In this document: positions 24,397 to 35,634 of the stretch, in pieces
Layout: each line of letters opens with the position of its first letter
How positions within the stretch are numbered: the first letter of the stretch is position 1
Assembly (NCBI RefSeq): GCF_001194135.2
Contig: NC_068981.1
Coordinates: 155,321,069-155,356,702, forward strand
Direction of reading: 5' to 3'
Length of the DNA stretch: 35,634 bases
DNA from: Octopus bimaculoides
Taxonomy: Eukaryota
Translations under genes and position numbers: made by a program
The notes under the pieces: generated by a model
The model's input: only the letters and a program-made list of their open reading frames with translations
What the model was told of the DNA's origin: nothing
Databases searched by the model: none

Positions 24397-26065
24397 AGCC
24401 AGCCACTGTAGTAGAAGTAGAAAAGACAACTTGAGGAGACACTACGTTTTGGGATCGAAGATTGGAGTGTATGATGGGGAACTTTAACAATCACGACTAT
24501 TATTTCAAATGCAGTTTAGGATGCCTATATGTGCAGCTGTAGCATTTCCCTCGAGCAGTATACTGTTGTGGGTTACAAATAGGCTTTGTAGAGGATTAGT
24601 AGTTATTGGAAATGAAGAAATGAAGAATGTTCTGGCTCTGATGAGGAAGACTAATCTTTGGAATGCTGTATTAACTTTACTGAGGGGGGCAACTTTCTAG
24701 GATTTACGAAAACAGCAGAGGAATCACCCTGATATCGTACCATATCATAAAAAACAAAAACAGGACTCAATGAGCAATGTAGTAATAACTATTCAAAATA
24801 ATGGGATGGTCATGGCTAGAATGCCTTTGGCAGGAGAACTAATCGATTAGAACAAACCTGTAGTTAAGCAACAACAACAACAACAACAACTACAGCAGCA
24901 GCAGCAGTGCCGGATTTAGGCACAGGCTAAACGAGTATACAATGTACTGGCGCCGCTAATTCGACGTTCACTTATTTGACCTCTGACATCTTACTGTTTC
25001 TCTCGTTCCTCTGTTTAAGTGTATGAAAAGAGGGTAAATGTTTCTATCAATCATATTCAATAAATAAATTGTAATTTCTCTCTCTCTCTCTCTATCTCGC
25101 TCTCTCTCTCTCTCCCTCTCTCTTTCTGTGTATGTATATATTTCTGCACGCACGCGCACGCGTTTGCTTCCTGTACCAAAGAAGTACTGTCACCCAGTGT
25201 CCAGTCAACCGCGCTAAATCTCCAGCGTCCAATCAGCTGCAGCCAATCGCCTCACTCCGATCTAAATAAGCTACAACTTAAGGTCTCACACTAAGTTATA
25301 TATGTTTTCAGCTTTGGTGGGGGCCAGCTAGTGTACTTTTTTTTAACAAGAAGCCTCCAAGCTTTATAGACCTTATGGCCTCACCGAGTCTATATTTGAC
25401 AATGGATAAAAAAAAAAAAAGTAAACTCCCAGCATTTCCTGGTTCTCCAACCAATCATTTACGGAATAAGGCATCCAGTTATATTCTTCAACGGGATGGC
25501 GTCAATCCGTCCATTGATATCTTATCAAAACCAAAACTTAAGATATTTCCAGTCTTTGTCAAACAGATTTTTACTTTCTCACAAGGAAATAAAAAGAACC
25601 TAAAANNNNNNNNNNNNNNNNNNNNNNNNNNNNNNNNNNNNNNNNNNNNNNNNNNNNNNNNNNNNNNNNNNNNNNNNNNNNNNNNNNNNNNNNNNNNNNN
25701 NNNNNNNNNNNNNNNNNNNNNNNNNNNNNNNNNNNNNNNNNNNNNNNNNNNNNNNNNNNNNNNNNNNNNNNNNNNNNNNNNNNNNNNNNNNNNNNNNNNN
25801 NNNNNNNNNNNNNNNNNNNNNNNNNNNNNNNNNNNNNNNNNNNNNNNNNNNNNNNNNNNNNNNNNNNNNNNNNNNNNNNNNNNNNNNNNNNNNNNNNNNN
25901 NNNNNNNNNNNNNNNNNNNNNNNNNNNNNNNNNNNNNNNNNNNNNNNNNNNNNNNNNNNNNNNNNNNNNNNNNNNNNNNNNNNNNNNNNNNNNNNNNNNN
26001 NNNNNNNNNNNNNNNNNNNNNNNNNNNNNNNNNNNNNNNNNNNNNNNNNNNNNNNNNNNNNNNNN

Positions 26066-26122
<57 letters not shown>

Positions 26123-26844
26123 TCAATGCAACAAGGCAAAAGAAAGAGAACTATGTGACCTCTCTTACGCATTCATATATAGTCGTTATACAAAGTTCTC
26201 TTTGCTATGATAATTAATAAAACGGCAAGAGTAACTATTATTAAAGCTACGAGGAACAATGGATTGGCAATATCGTTAGAATATCGGAAAAAGACCCCTT
26301 GTATTTGTTCTGGTTCTTAACGTTTAAATTCCGCCAAGGTCGATTTTACCTTTTATCCCCCAATAGTCGATAAAATGAAAAACAAGGTAAGAAAGTACAA
26401 TCGACTAATCCTCACTTCCAAATTTCAGTTATTTTGTCTATGTTGGAGACAGTTGTTAGCTCTACTGGTTGCTATGGTCTTTGACCTATGACCAGAATTG
26501 TTCCCACAGCGACCATTCCGTCATTTCTTATATCTGTGACTACATTATCCCATATAACCTGGGTAGCAACATCTACGGTCTACTATACTGAAGCTAAGAA
26601 ATACAGTAGTAAACAATCGGCAAGTTTTAAATCAAAGGATAAGAGAAGCAAAAATTGACGCGTGTTCAAAACCCTGGGATTTGAACTCCTGGTCATATGC
26701 TAATGTTAGAAACCAACACGCTTTGGTGTTGATTTCTAAAGACACGACCATGAGTTCAAATTCCGCCGAGGTTAACTTTGTCGTTTATCCTTCTGAAGCT
26801 AATGGTATCGACTAACTCCCTCGCTCCAAAATCGCTGGCTTTGA

Positions 26845-27053
26845 GCCTATATTGGTTTCATATTTTGGTCAGTAATTTCGGAGGAAAGAGCGAGTCGACA
26901 TCGACCCCAATGCTCGACTGGTACTTATTTTATCGACCCCAAAAGGATGAAAGGCGAAGTCGAATTCGGTGGAATTTGAACTTAGAACGTGAAGACGAAC
27001 GAAATGCTGCTAAGCATTTTACCCTGTGTGCTAACGAGTCTGCCAGCTCACCG
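26845..27053 (-). mobile_element. tRNA-headed SINE (14460 family); further fragments at about 16690-16915, 26310-26430, 26750-26800, 27095-27290, 30300-30480
   Basis: ctggtacttattttatcgaccccaaaaggatgaaaggc...gaatttgaact...ctaacgagtctgccagctcacc. Confidence 0.8.
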
Positions 27054-27373
27054 GCTTCTTTTGAGCCTATATTAAAAACAACACACAACTATAACCTTTT
27101 CATTTTCGGAAGAGGAATTATCGATTAAATCAAGTTCTTGACTAGTTGGTGTTATGAGTTGATCGATTCCCAGGAAAAGAAACAACAAAGTCAAACTCGG
27201 TGGCATTTGAACTAAGAACTTAAAACGCTATAACTAAAATACATAAAATAGCATTTTTCAGCTGCTCGAATCATTCTGTCAGTCTGGTGCCTATAGAGGA
27301 AATTCATAAACTCAAACCTAGCAAGATTGGAGGATTCATAATGATAGAAGTACTAAATTAACGTGAAACAAAA

Positions 27374-27792
27374 TAGGAGTGGCTGTGTGGTAAGTGGCTT
27401 GCTTACGAACCACATAGTTCCGGGTTCAGTCCTACTATAGCCTCGGGCCGACCAAAACCTTTTGAGTGGATTTGGTAGACAGAAACTGAAAGAAGCCCGT
27501 CGTATATATATATATATATNNNNNNNNNNNNNNNNNNNNNNNNNNNNNNNNNNNNNTGTGTGTGTGTGTGTGTGTGTGTATGTTTGTGTGTCTGTGTTTG
27601 TCGGCCCAACATCGCTTGACAACCAATGATGGTGTGTTTACGTCCCCGTAACTTAGCGGTTCGGCAAAAGAGACCGATAGAATAAGTACTAGGCTTACAA
27701 AGAATAAGTCCTTGGGTCGATTTGCTCGACTAAAAGCGGTGCTCCAGCATGGCCACAGTCAAATGACTGAAACAAGTAAAAGAATAAAAGAG
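27374..27792 (+). mobile_element. Young SINE with internal microsatellite/gap and about 30-nt deletion near the B-box
   Basis: taggagtggctgtgtggtaag...gggttcagtc|ctactatagcc...gaagcccgtcg (TA/TG)n ...gaccgatagaataagtact...aatgactgaaacaagtaaaagaataaaag. Confidence 0.85.
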
Positions 27793-27909
27793 GAGGTAAT
27801 ATTAACGCAGTCATTGCACATTATCTTTAGATCTTTACAGAGAGAGATGATCATTATTTATTGGGAATTCTGATATTTCAGTAGGTTACCTAGTTATATC
27901 TATGATATA

Positions 27910-28436
27910 TCTATCAATATACATAATGATAAGTATATTATAATTACAACTATGATATTTTTAACAATTCTGCTTGTCACTCCGTTACTTAGCCAGTCCG
28001 TAACATTTCCACGTGATTAGTTGAAGGGGGAAGGGAGAGGAATGGGAGGGAGAGGAATGGGAGGGAGAGGTGGTGGTGAGGGAAATATGTAATTTTATTT
28101 GAACTGAATCTTATTCCTTAGCCCGTCCGTAACGCTTTCACGTGATTAGTTGAAGGGAAAGGCGAAGAGCAAAAGAAAAAGGAGATAGAAAAAGGGAGAG
28201 TGTTGTGTATTAAGTCTATAAAATTGTGCATAAAGTATATAAAGTGTGTATATATAAAGTGCATTAAGTAATCATCGTATTCCAATTTCCTTCACTTTTC
28301 AATGATTAGCAGATGAGTGACTCTTTTGAAACAGCCACAACAGAGGCTACGCTTTCAGTCTTTTTTTGGATAATGTTTCAGAAATAACCCAATAAGTTTG
28401 CCATTAATTCAGTGAAATATTCACGGGTCCTGCTAG
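27910..28436 (+). mobile_element. Putative non-autonomous Helitron-like element
   Basis: A|TC 5' start (27910); 3' hairpin cagtgaa-ata-ttcacgg, 6 nt, CTAG|T; internal about 40-bp duplicated block (cttagcc.gtccgtaac..tt.cacgtgattagttgaaggg). Confidence 0.55.
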
Positions 28437-28693
28437 TATCTATCAATATACATATTACATTTACATTTGTATTTATGCAGTTCCTATTGTAAATGGTGAA
28501 GTATATCGTCATTGTTTACGGATTCTCGACGAGTCCATCAATGAATCTCTGATAGTAAGATTGAAAAACCGTGCAGAACAAATATATCAACAAATTTCGT
28601 CCGTAGAATACGGACTTTTCGGCGTTTCTCGACATCATTAATTGATGTAGCTGGTGCACCTCATAAGTACACAACTCTGTCACACACACATAA

Positions 28694-28748
<55 letters not shown>

Positions 28749-28881
28749 NNNNNNNNNNNNNNNNNNNNNNNNNNNNNNNNNNNNNNNNNATATATATTAA
28801 TATATACACGCTAGTAGCGAACAGTGAGTATGTGTGCTCAACACCATATTAGTGGATAAATATTCCTTAATCATGGGTTAA

Positions 28882-29235
28882 CAAGGCTACTATTGGTTTA
28901 ATGTCAAGAGAAATCCCTGAAAAATTATCAAGATTGTACGTGGGAACTAGGTAGTCGTTTCCATCTTAGATGAAAATATACGAAGCGACACGAGACTATG
29001 AGATTTTAGGATAAATAAATATGCAGATCATTGACGAGCTAATGCAAGGGAGACAAAAATTAGAATTTTCTTGTGAGTTATCTCCCACAATCTGTACATT
29101 GGTCTCAAACCCCATATACTCTCGTGGAGTGTCGTGTATTCTCATCCAAGATAGAGACGAGTACTAACGTTTCCACGTGACAGGCTTGATGATTGTTGAA
29201 AGATTTCCCTCGGCATAAAACCGATTGTAGCCTTG
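28882..29235. mobile_element. Unclassified TIR element flanked by TTAA (354 bp)
   Basis: TTAA|caaggctactattggtttaa ... taaaaccgattgtagccttg|TTAA (20-bp TIR, about 3 mismatches). Confidence 0.68.
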
Positions 29236-29263
29236 TTAATACATACACACACACATATATATA

Positions 29264-29580
29264 TAGTAGTAGTTGGCTGCGCCTCGTGTTTCCGAGCTTG
29301 CAATCCAGTTCATTTTCCTGGGTGTTTGAACTGTAGATGGCTCCGCAATCCGAGGTTTGTATGAAACGTACATTGTCGACAAAGGATAGAAGGGGCTGGT
29401 TTGGGAAGGAGAAGGCGCTACTTTCTCTCCCGTCTCTTGAGTTCAGCTCTTGCGACTCGGGCTTTCTCGAAGTCCGCAGAACCAGTGTGCGGGGTCGATG
29501 TTGGTGTATCGTTTAAATATCATCACAATTTCGACAGCAGAAGAAGCAGTGCCCATGTCCTTCGCAGAGCTTCGTAAACC
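29264..29580 (-). mobile_element. RTE-clade (BovB-like) LINE 3' end with C-terminal C2H2-like motif and (CTA)n tail
   Basis: ...KRYTNIDP / HTGSADFEKARVARAELKRRERK*RLLLPKPAPSILCRQCTFHTNLGLRSHLQFKHPGK*; tail caactactacta. Confidence 0.75.
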
Positions 29581-29584
29581 AGTG

Positions 29585-30185
29585 AGATTAATGCTCCTAT
29601 TGAATCTTCGCATGCCATCACCGGTGGGAAAAACATGAGCAGTGAGAGAACATCAGAGACGTGACGTTCTGGTCGGTGGGTAGGGATTAATGCGAATCTA
29701 TACGGCTGAATACAAGGCTAATGAGAGGAAAATACAAAAGTGCTTTAGGAATGACCGAGTGGCGGTGGCATGAGCTCTAGCAGATCCAAGGAGTAAATGA
29801 AATTGTAATAACGGTAGATAAAGTAGACAGAGGAGTCGTCGCACCTAGAGCATGGCTGAGAATGAGTTTATTGTGAGTTCTTGGATGGTCCGCTTTTAGA
29901 CGCAGTCTACGATGTCTGTGTGTGCAGTAACAGCAGCAACGGCGGAGGCAGCAGTAGCAGTGGCGGAGGCAGCAGCAGCAGCAGCGGTAGAAGCAGTAGT
30001 AGCAGTGGAGGAGACAACAGCAGCTTCTCCATTTCGGATGTGAGAACACTACTCTCCTATGAATCTCACGTAAGTTCATTGTTGAGAGCTGAAGAGCCTT
30101 CCAGTTCGTTGGGATGCAGTCCTAGCCGTATTAATGATGTTCTTTCTGTAGGAGAGATCCTTAGTGATAGTAGGGCCTAACATTG
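29585..30185 (-). mobile_element. Decayed CR1-group (L2/Crack-like) LINE ORF2 C-terminal region
   Basis: MLGPTITKDLSYRKNIINTARTASQRTGRLF..TYVRFIGE*CSHIRNG..HTDIVDCV*KRTIQ / IYRYYNFIYSLDLLELMPPPLGHS / PTRTSRL..AHVFPTGDGMRRFNRSIN matches the LEYCSHIW, LFYRYY and FPRTxxLWNxLP motifs. Confidence 0.8.
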
Positions 30186-31129
30186 GGCGCGACTGTGAGA
30201 GATGTAGGTGCGTGCTGCTGATGCTTAGGGGTTAAGGTATAATGTCACTTTATTGAACTGAATAGCTTTTGTGTTTTGCATTTGAAAGAGAGAAGCTTGG
30301 CAAGACCCCATTTGGTACCGATCGACAGTCGATTAAATTGATCCTAGTACCTCATTGGTTCTTCAGTTTATCAGCTCTAGAATGATGAAAGGCAAAACTG
30401 AGCCCGGCGAAATTTGAACTAACAACGTAAAAAAGCCGAAACAAATACTGTAAGACTTTTTGTCCGACTCTACTGAATCGTCTAATCTACGTTCCTGTAA
30501 CAATAGTCTGTAATTCAGGCACAAGGAAAGAGATTAATTGATAAACACCGACCCAATTACCTGATCGGTATTTAGTTTTATAACGTAAAAAGTCGCAATG
30601 CATTTCGTTCGGCTCTAATGATTCTGCCAACTCACTGATAATGAAGTAAACTCTAGGATCCGAAGAAACAAATTGTTGTTTGAATCGACAATTAATGAGA
30701 ATAAACGGTATCAATCCTCTCTAATATATCGCTGGTGCTTATCGATGCATGCACGTATGCGTGCGAGTGTGTGTGTATATGTAAGTCTTTCCTTCTTTAT
30801 ATCTATTAGCATTCTTTCTCCTTTTGAAGGAACTTGTTTCTAAACGAAACAAAAGCTTCATCATTTGAATCTAGATAACAATAACAATGATTGTTACATA
30901 TCGAACTTTAAATAAGTCTTGCATATTTTTACTGCTCCACTTATGACAGATTGTATCTGTAAAGTTCGCGTTAGTCTGTCTGTTTCCTTGCTCGAAAATC
31001 TTAGCTTCTCCAAGTTGTGGCTTAGGTATTTAGTAACATAACCTATTTCTATTTCGGAGTTACAAGAATGTAAACACACCAACATGGTTATCCAGCGTTA
31101 GTGGTGGTGGTGGGGGTCAGGCACAAACA

Positions 31130-31292
31130 CACACACACGACGAGTTTCTTTCAGTTTCCGCCAATCACATTCATTCATAAGGCTTTGGTCGTCCCAGGGC
31201 TTATAGTAGAAAACACTTGAGCAAAGCGCTACGCAGTGAGACTGTACTTGGAACCATGTAGTTGGGAAGCAAACGTCTCATCACACAGCTGC
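31130..31292 (-). mobile_element. SINE (27374 family), head half
   Basis: gacgagtttctttcagtttcc...aggctttggtcg...atagtagaaaacacttg...gaaccatgtagttgggaagcaaac..tcacacagc. Confidence 0.75.
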
Positions 31293-31930
31293 AACTGCGC
31301 CTATAAACTCGAATCGAGTCACCATGCGGAAACCCGGGATTGAACGTTCTCCCAGCTGAGCTATTGTACTTACTGAATTTGATTCTTTCCATCACTTTGT
31401 TTTCCTTCTTTTGCTTAGTTGTCTTGGTATTAAGTGAAATGACGTCTAAATTGTTGTCCACGTGATATATAAATAGCCTCAATGAAATAGAGGAAGGAAA
31501 ACGAAAGTGGAATTATGAAAACAGAAAGGAAAAGAAAGTGCGTTCATTATTGATGACCGGTTGTGATGGTTATGGCGGTGGTGGTGGTGGTAGGGGGGGG
31601 GGAGAGAGAGAAAAGGACGGAAATGACTAACTTAAATGAATAACTGAGTAAATAAATAAATGAAAATAATAAAATAAAATAAATAGATGACCATATGAAT
31701 GAATCTACCTATCGACCTTACACCTATCTCATTTAACTCTTCTTCACACACACACACACTTCTTCACAGCATCCTACTTTCACTTTCTCTGTCTTCCTCC
31801 ATTCTCTTTACCTTCATCTTCTATTTATAGCTCTGTCCCTTCCACCACTCTACTTCACACATACATACACATCAATTTCTCACAACCTATCTTTCTTTCT
31901 TTCTTTCTTTCTTTCTCACTCTCACACACA

Positions 31931-31992
<62 letters not shown>

Positions 31993-32086
31993 CTAAATCT
32001 TGGTTACTCTTTTAGCCTGGCTACACTGAAACATTATTGATTTCACTGCTTCAGTTATACCGAAAAACACCAGTCAACAATAGACA

Positions 32087-32098
32087 AATAATAATAAC

Positions 32099-32163
<65 letters not shown>
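32087..32163. repeat. (AAT)n microsatellite
   Basis: Read directly. Confidence 0.96.
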
Positions 32164-32167
<4 letters not shown>

Positions 32168-33654
32168 AACTAATTAATGATCGTTTCTGAAAGATGGATT
32201 AGAAACAGCAAGAGCACAAGTCTCTTTAGTCGTTACTTACTTTCAATTCTATTTTGTTCAGTTAATCTTTTCTAGTGAAAACAGATTTTGTGTGTGTGCG
32301 TGTGTGTGTGTGTGTGTGATCATGTGTAAGAAGTGGTTGTTGTTGTTATTGTTGTTTAGGGACAAAATGAGAAATCCGAGGAAACTGGCGATGGCCTGTA
32401 TCAGCAATGACCGTAAATGGTGAAGAGTTATTAGTTTCCAGACCATGCCATTCGTGTACTTGAGAAAGAGAGAGGGGGGAGGGAGGTGGAGAGACATGGG
32501 GAAGAGAGAGGGGAGAGAGAAGTGCTGTCGTTTTGACTGTAAGCTACTAAAATGGTTGAGTTTAGCCTCGGGTCAGGCTTCGACTGAGCACATGTGTGAA
32601 TGATGAAAGACGTTCCAACTTTAATCACCTTGTTTCTGAATGTCTACGTAAGATTGCGTTACCTATGTGTCCTTCCTTTTTCTAGAAAGACAAAAGGTTG
32701 TGATCTAAGGGATATTTGGCTGTCATTTCTAGCAGAGTGAGAAACCACATACGGGTTCTCTCATAGCTTGTAGAGTATGATCACTGTAACCGTTGAAACT
32801 TTACTCGGATTACAATACCCTGCAAGATTTTTGGAAGAAATACAAATTATCCTCATTCTTAAGATTAAACATTAGCATAAATAGTAAGTCTAACTTCGAA
32901 CTTGAAACTAGCAGTATAAATAAGGTGGTTATATAAAGTGTTAGTATATAATTATTTTGCTATGGCAAATTCAACTGACAATAAAATAATATTACATATC
33001 AAATAGGATTTTGAAGGAAGGAATATTCAAAATACCATTCAATGCAGAAAGGGAACACAACGTTCTATAAACCTAATTGTCTTTCATACAAGTGATTGTG
33101 TATAACGAGTGCGCACATACAAATGAGTCTGTACGTTGTGTGCATTTATACAAGTGGATCTGTGATGTATACATCTATAAAAATGATAGCGAGTGCGTAT
33201 ATCATTATCTGTTATCACGTGCTTATTTTATGAAAGTTAAGATGTGATGTAAGTAGTTCGTAGTAGAAAGTTCTTACTGTAGGAGCAGCAACTGCGAAAA
33301 ATGTTTTGCTGTATTTAATTATATTAATTTTACTTTCGGAGTTCAGAAGTCGTGAGGGTTACTTTATTTATTTATTTTATATATTCTTGCTGGGTCTGGT
33401 AGAAAGAGATCGAGCTCGTGACTTTCACAGGCCTTCCATAACCGATAAGACTGATACCATTTATGTTCCTCTAGAACTATCGCGAGTCAACACCTGCGGA
33501 AAAGATACGAGCAGGTAGGGAAACTTAGAGAGGCGACATTCTAGAAGTGTCATCTCACATCTATAAAATAAGTATTCGTCAATCCAATTTCCAGACGAGC
33601 AGCATTGTAGGATGGAAGGAGGAAGAAAAAAGAAAGGATGAAAGGACAGGATGT

Positions 33655-33900
33655 AGCATTTACTTAAACCCTTTGCTCCCTACGAAACATAAGCTGTCGA
33701 CGACTTTTCTCCGCTGTTTTCATCTCTCGGGTGTCTTTTCAGCTTTGCCTATGAAGGACTTTCTCTCCCAGGTTTTGTTGGCTTTGAATTATCATTTATG
33801 CTTCTGTAAACTTTGCTGTTTTCTAGGTGTGTTGGCCCTCTGGGAAGAAGTGGTCCGTATTTGTCTGGCCTTCATCTTTTAACCTATCTAGCAGGGGGAG
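33655..33900 (-). mobile_element. RTE-clade LINE extreme 3' end
   Basis: KTWERKSFIGKAEKTPER*KQRRKVVDSLCFVGSKGFK* resembles the RTE terminus A.DR..WR.LV.xLC... Confidence 0.55.
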
Positions 33901-33949
33901 TGTTCTACTTGGAGTTTTCTCTGCTGGTGTAGCTCTCGGAGTCATTGAA

Positions 33950-34200
33950 GCACATAAGACACCATACCGCAAGAAGTACGGGACACTGTTGTAAAATGGG
34001 TGTAGTAATTAGTACAGAACTTTTTGAGGTGTTTGTTCACAATAAGGGTGATGAAAGAGCAGAGACGAATAGTCCGGAAAGCTTGAGTAGGAGTGTCATG
34101 AGCCTCCCTGTCATCTCTAAGTACCTCAGGCGGTAGAAAAGACAAACAGAAGAGACAGTACAATTGCAGACCAGACGTTGGAGCTAATGAATCAGGCTGC
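33950..34200 (-). mobile_element. Highly decayed CR1-group (L2/Crack-like) ORF2 fragment
   Basis: LIH*LQRLVCNCTVSSVCLFYRLRY...LMTLLLK...HHPYCEQTP..TNYYTHF parallels the LFYRYY...HPYC region at 29700-29850. Confidence 0.42.
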
Positions 34201-34614
34201 TCTTTTCAGCAAGCCGTGCAGAGCGTGTTCCATCCTTCCATGGGTCTATGTAAAAAGGACCCATCCTCTACTTGGGTTAATTCAATAAATCTACTTTCTC
34301 TTGCACAAATTCATGGCTTATGATGAATACAGCAATTGAAATTGAGCGGTGAAAGTACTTAAAGGTTCCAGCACAAGACATTTTGTCTCTGGTCAAGCTT
34401 TCTTCAGCTTTCGTCAAGTATAACTCCAATTCTTCCAAGTGTTATTGTTTTTGAATATTTGTTAAGGCATTGCCCCGCGCGCTCAACCCGAGACGTCGAA
34501 AGCAATAACAAAATTTTTTCTATCATCCTTGCAAATACACAATTTATTAACAAATTTTATTCAAAACATTCCATTTTGGGAATTTTATTTCAAAATTCTA
34601 AAAGCATCCGCAAG

Positions 34615-34688
34615 GAAAGTATGTATGTATGTATGTATGTATGTATGTATGTATGTATGTATGTATAGATAGATAGATAGATAGATAG

Positions 34689-34745
<57 letters not shown>
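34615..34745. repeat. Compound microsatellite (TATG)n-(GATA)n-(TA)n
   Basis: Read directly. Confidence 0.95.
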
Positions 34746-34746
<1 letters not shown>

Positions 34747-35362
34747 CATATATGTACATATACATATTAAATAATACATAAATTTAAATATACATCAATA
34801 TGATATATACATATATACATGTATTTATATACTCATACATACACACGCACGCACACACACACACACAAAGAAGATATATTTCATGTGTTTCACATTTTAC
34901 TATTCTAGTCTGCAGTATCATCAATTATTTTATGCGAACCTCATATATAAAAGAGTTCAGTGCAAATTGATTTTGAAGAAAAAAGAAAAAAAAAACATGA
35001 TGCAGGAGGACCTTTCCAATTTAAGAAAGAAAAAAAAAAGCCCTCTACAAATTAGATCTTCTGACAGATAGCTCCGTCTACTCAATTACATATTCACATA
35101 CACACCATGAGACGCGAGTCATTTGGACAAACACACTACAGGTAAAAGAGGGAGCATTAGTGCAGTCATACACTATGCTAGAAATAGCAACCAAATTACC
35201 TCAATCACAAGGTGAAGTCTTAAAAAAATTAAGAAATAAAAGATGGACTATGTTGGTTAAAATAGTTGAAGATGTATGAAATAAAGTGTTGGTCATGAGT
35301 GGATTGACTTTCATTATTGGTTTGTTCAACTAGCTGTAATCAGAGGCGCTAAACAATTATAT

Positions 35363-35400
<38 letters not shown>

Positions 35401-35634
35401 GATTACATACACGCCAACATAGGCACACATTCATATAAACATATAGACAAGTACACAAATGTACATAACAGGCATGCACAAACAACCATACACATTAACA
35501 TGCATGTAGACAGGCAAGCTGATACCCACAAATATATGTATATATATATAGATAAGACGTGTATAGTCTCATATACAGACGCAGGTCGTTAATTGGGTGT
35601 GATTCAACGTTGCATATATATATATATATATATA

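Noticed and set aside
24905-25400. TIR-like start cagtgccggatttagg and two CCAAT boxes as a MITE or promoter
   Set aside because: No matching second TIR or TSD is visible (it may lie in the gap); the motifs alone are insufficient.
25375-26217. ORFs of 190-280 aa, and other X-containing ORFs
   Set aside because: Their length comes from N-gaps and flanking microsatellites.
29881-30180. Ser/Gly-rich 99-aa plus-strand ORF as a host gene
   Set aside because: It is antisense to a decayed LINE ORF2 and its core is a trinucleotide expansion; TTG start.
31325-31365. tRNA gene (tagctcagctggg...ttcaatccc on the minus strand), likewise the SINE heads
   Set aside because: Anticodon arm missing or acceptor stems unpaired; these are tRNA-derived SINE fragments.
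14460-34200. Apparent minus-strand bias of SINE/LINE insertions
   Set aside because: Numerous plus-strand SINE tail fragments offset it; not demonstrable without systematic masking.

Overview
AT-rich eukaryotic genomic DNA, dense in microsatellites, with six N-gaps that mostly abut microsatellites (short-read assembly). The repeat content is most consistent with an Octopus-type cephalopod genome: tRNA-headed SINEs, abundant RTE-clade LINE 3' ends with (GAT)n tails, and hAT and piggyBac-like MITEs. That assignment is recognition from memory, not a search. No host protein-coding gene, rRNA, true tRNA gene or CRISPR array can be supported. Most ORFs in the track are microsatellite, gap or antisense-TE artefacts. 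What is well supported is a layered transposon landscape: three hAT MITEs with 8-bp TSDs (two are inverted near-identical copies about 2.6 kb apart), a MULE derivative with a transposase remnant and 9-bp TSD nested in a SINE, a SINE inside a SINE with a 13-bp TSD, decayed RTE and CR1-group LINE ORF2 remnants, two Helitron-like 3' termini, and a 1.5-kb nested palindromic (foldback) structure. A switch from CpG-poor (about 1-12.9 kb) to CpG-retaining sequence (above about 13 kb) suggests a methylated gene body ending near 13 kb, next to a perfect 17-bp hairpin and a 72-codon ORF. I found no convincing novel biological system; the findings are moderate-interest leads.
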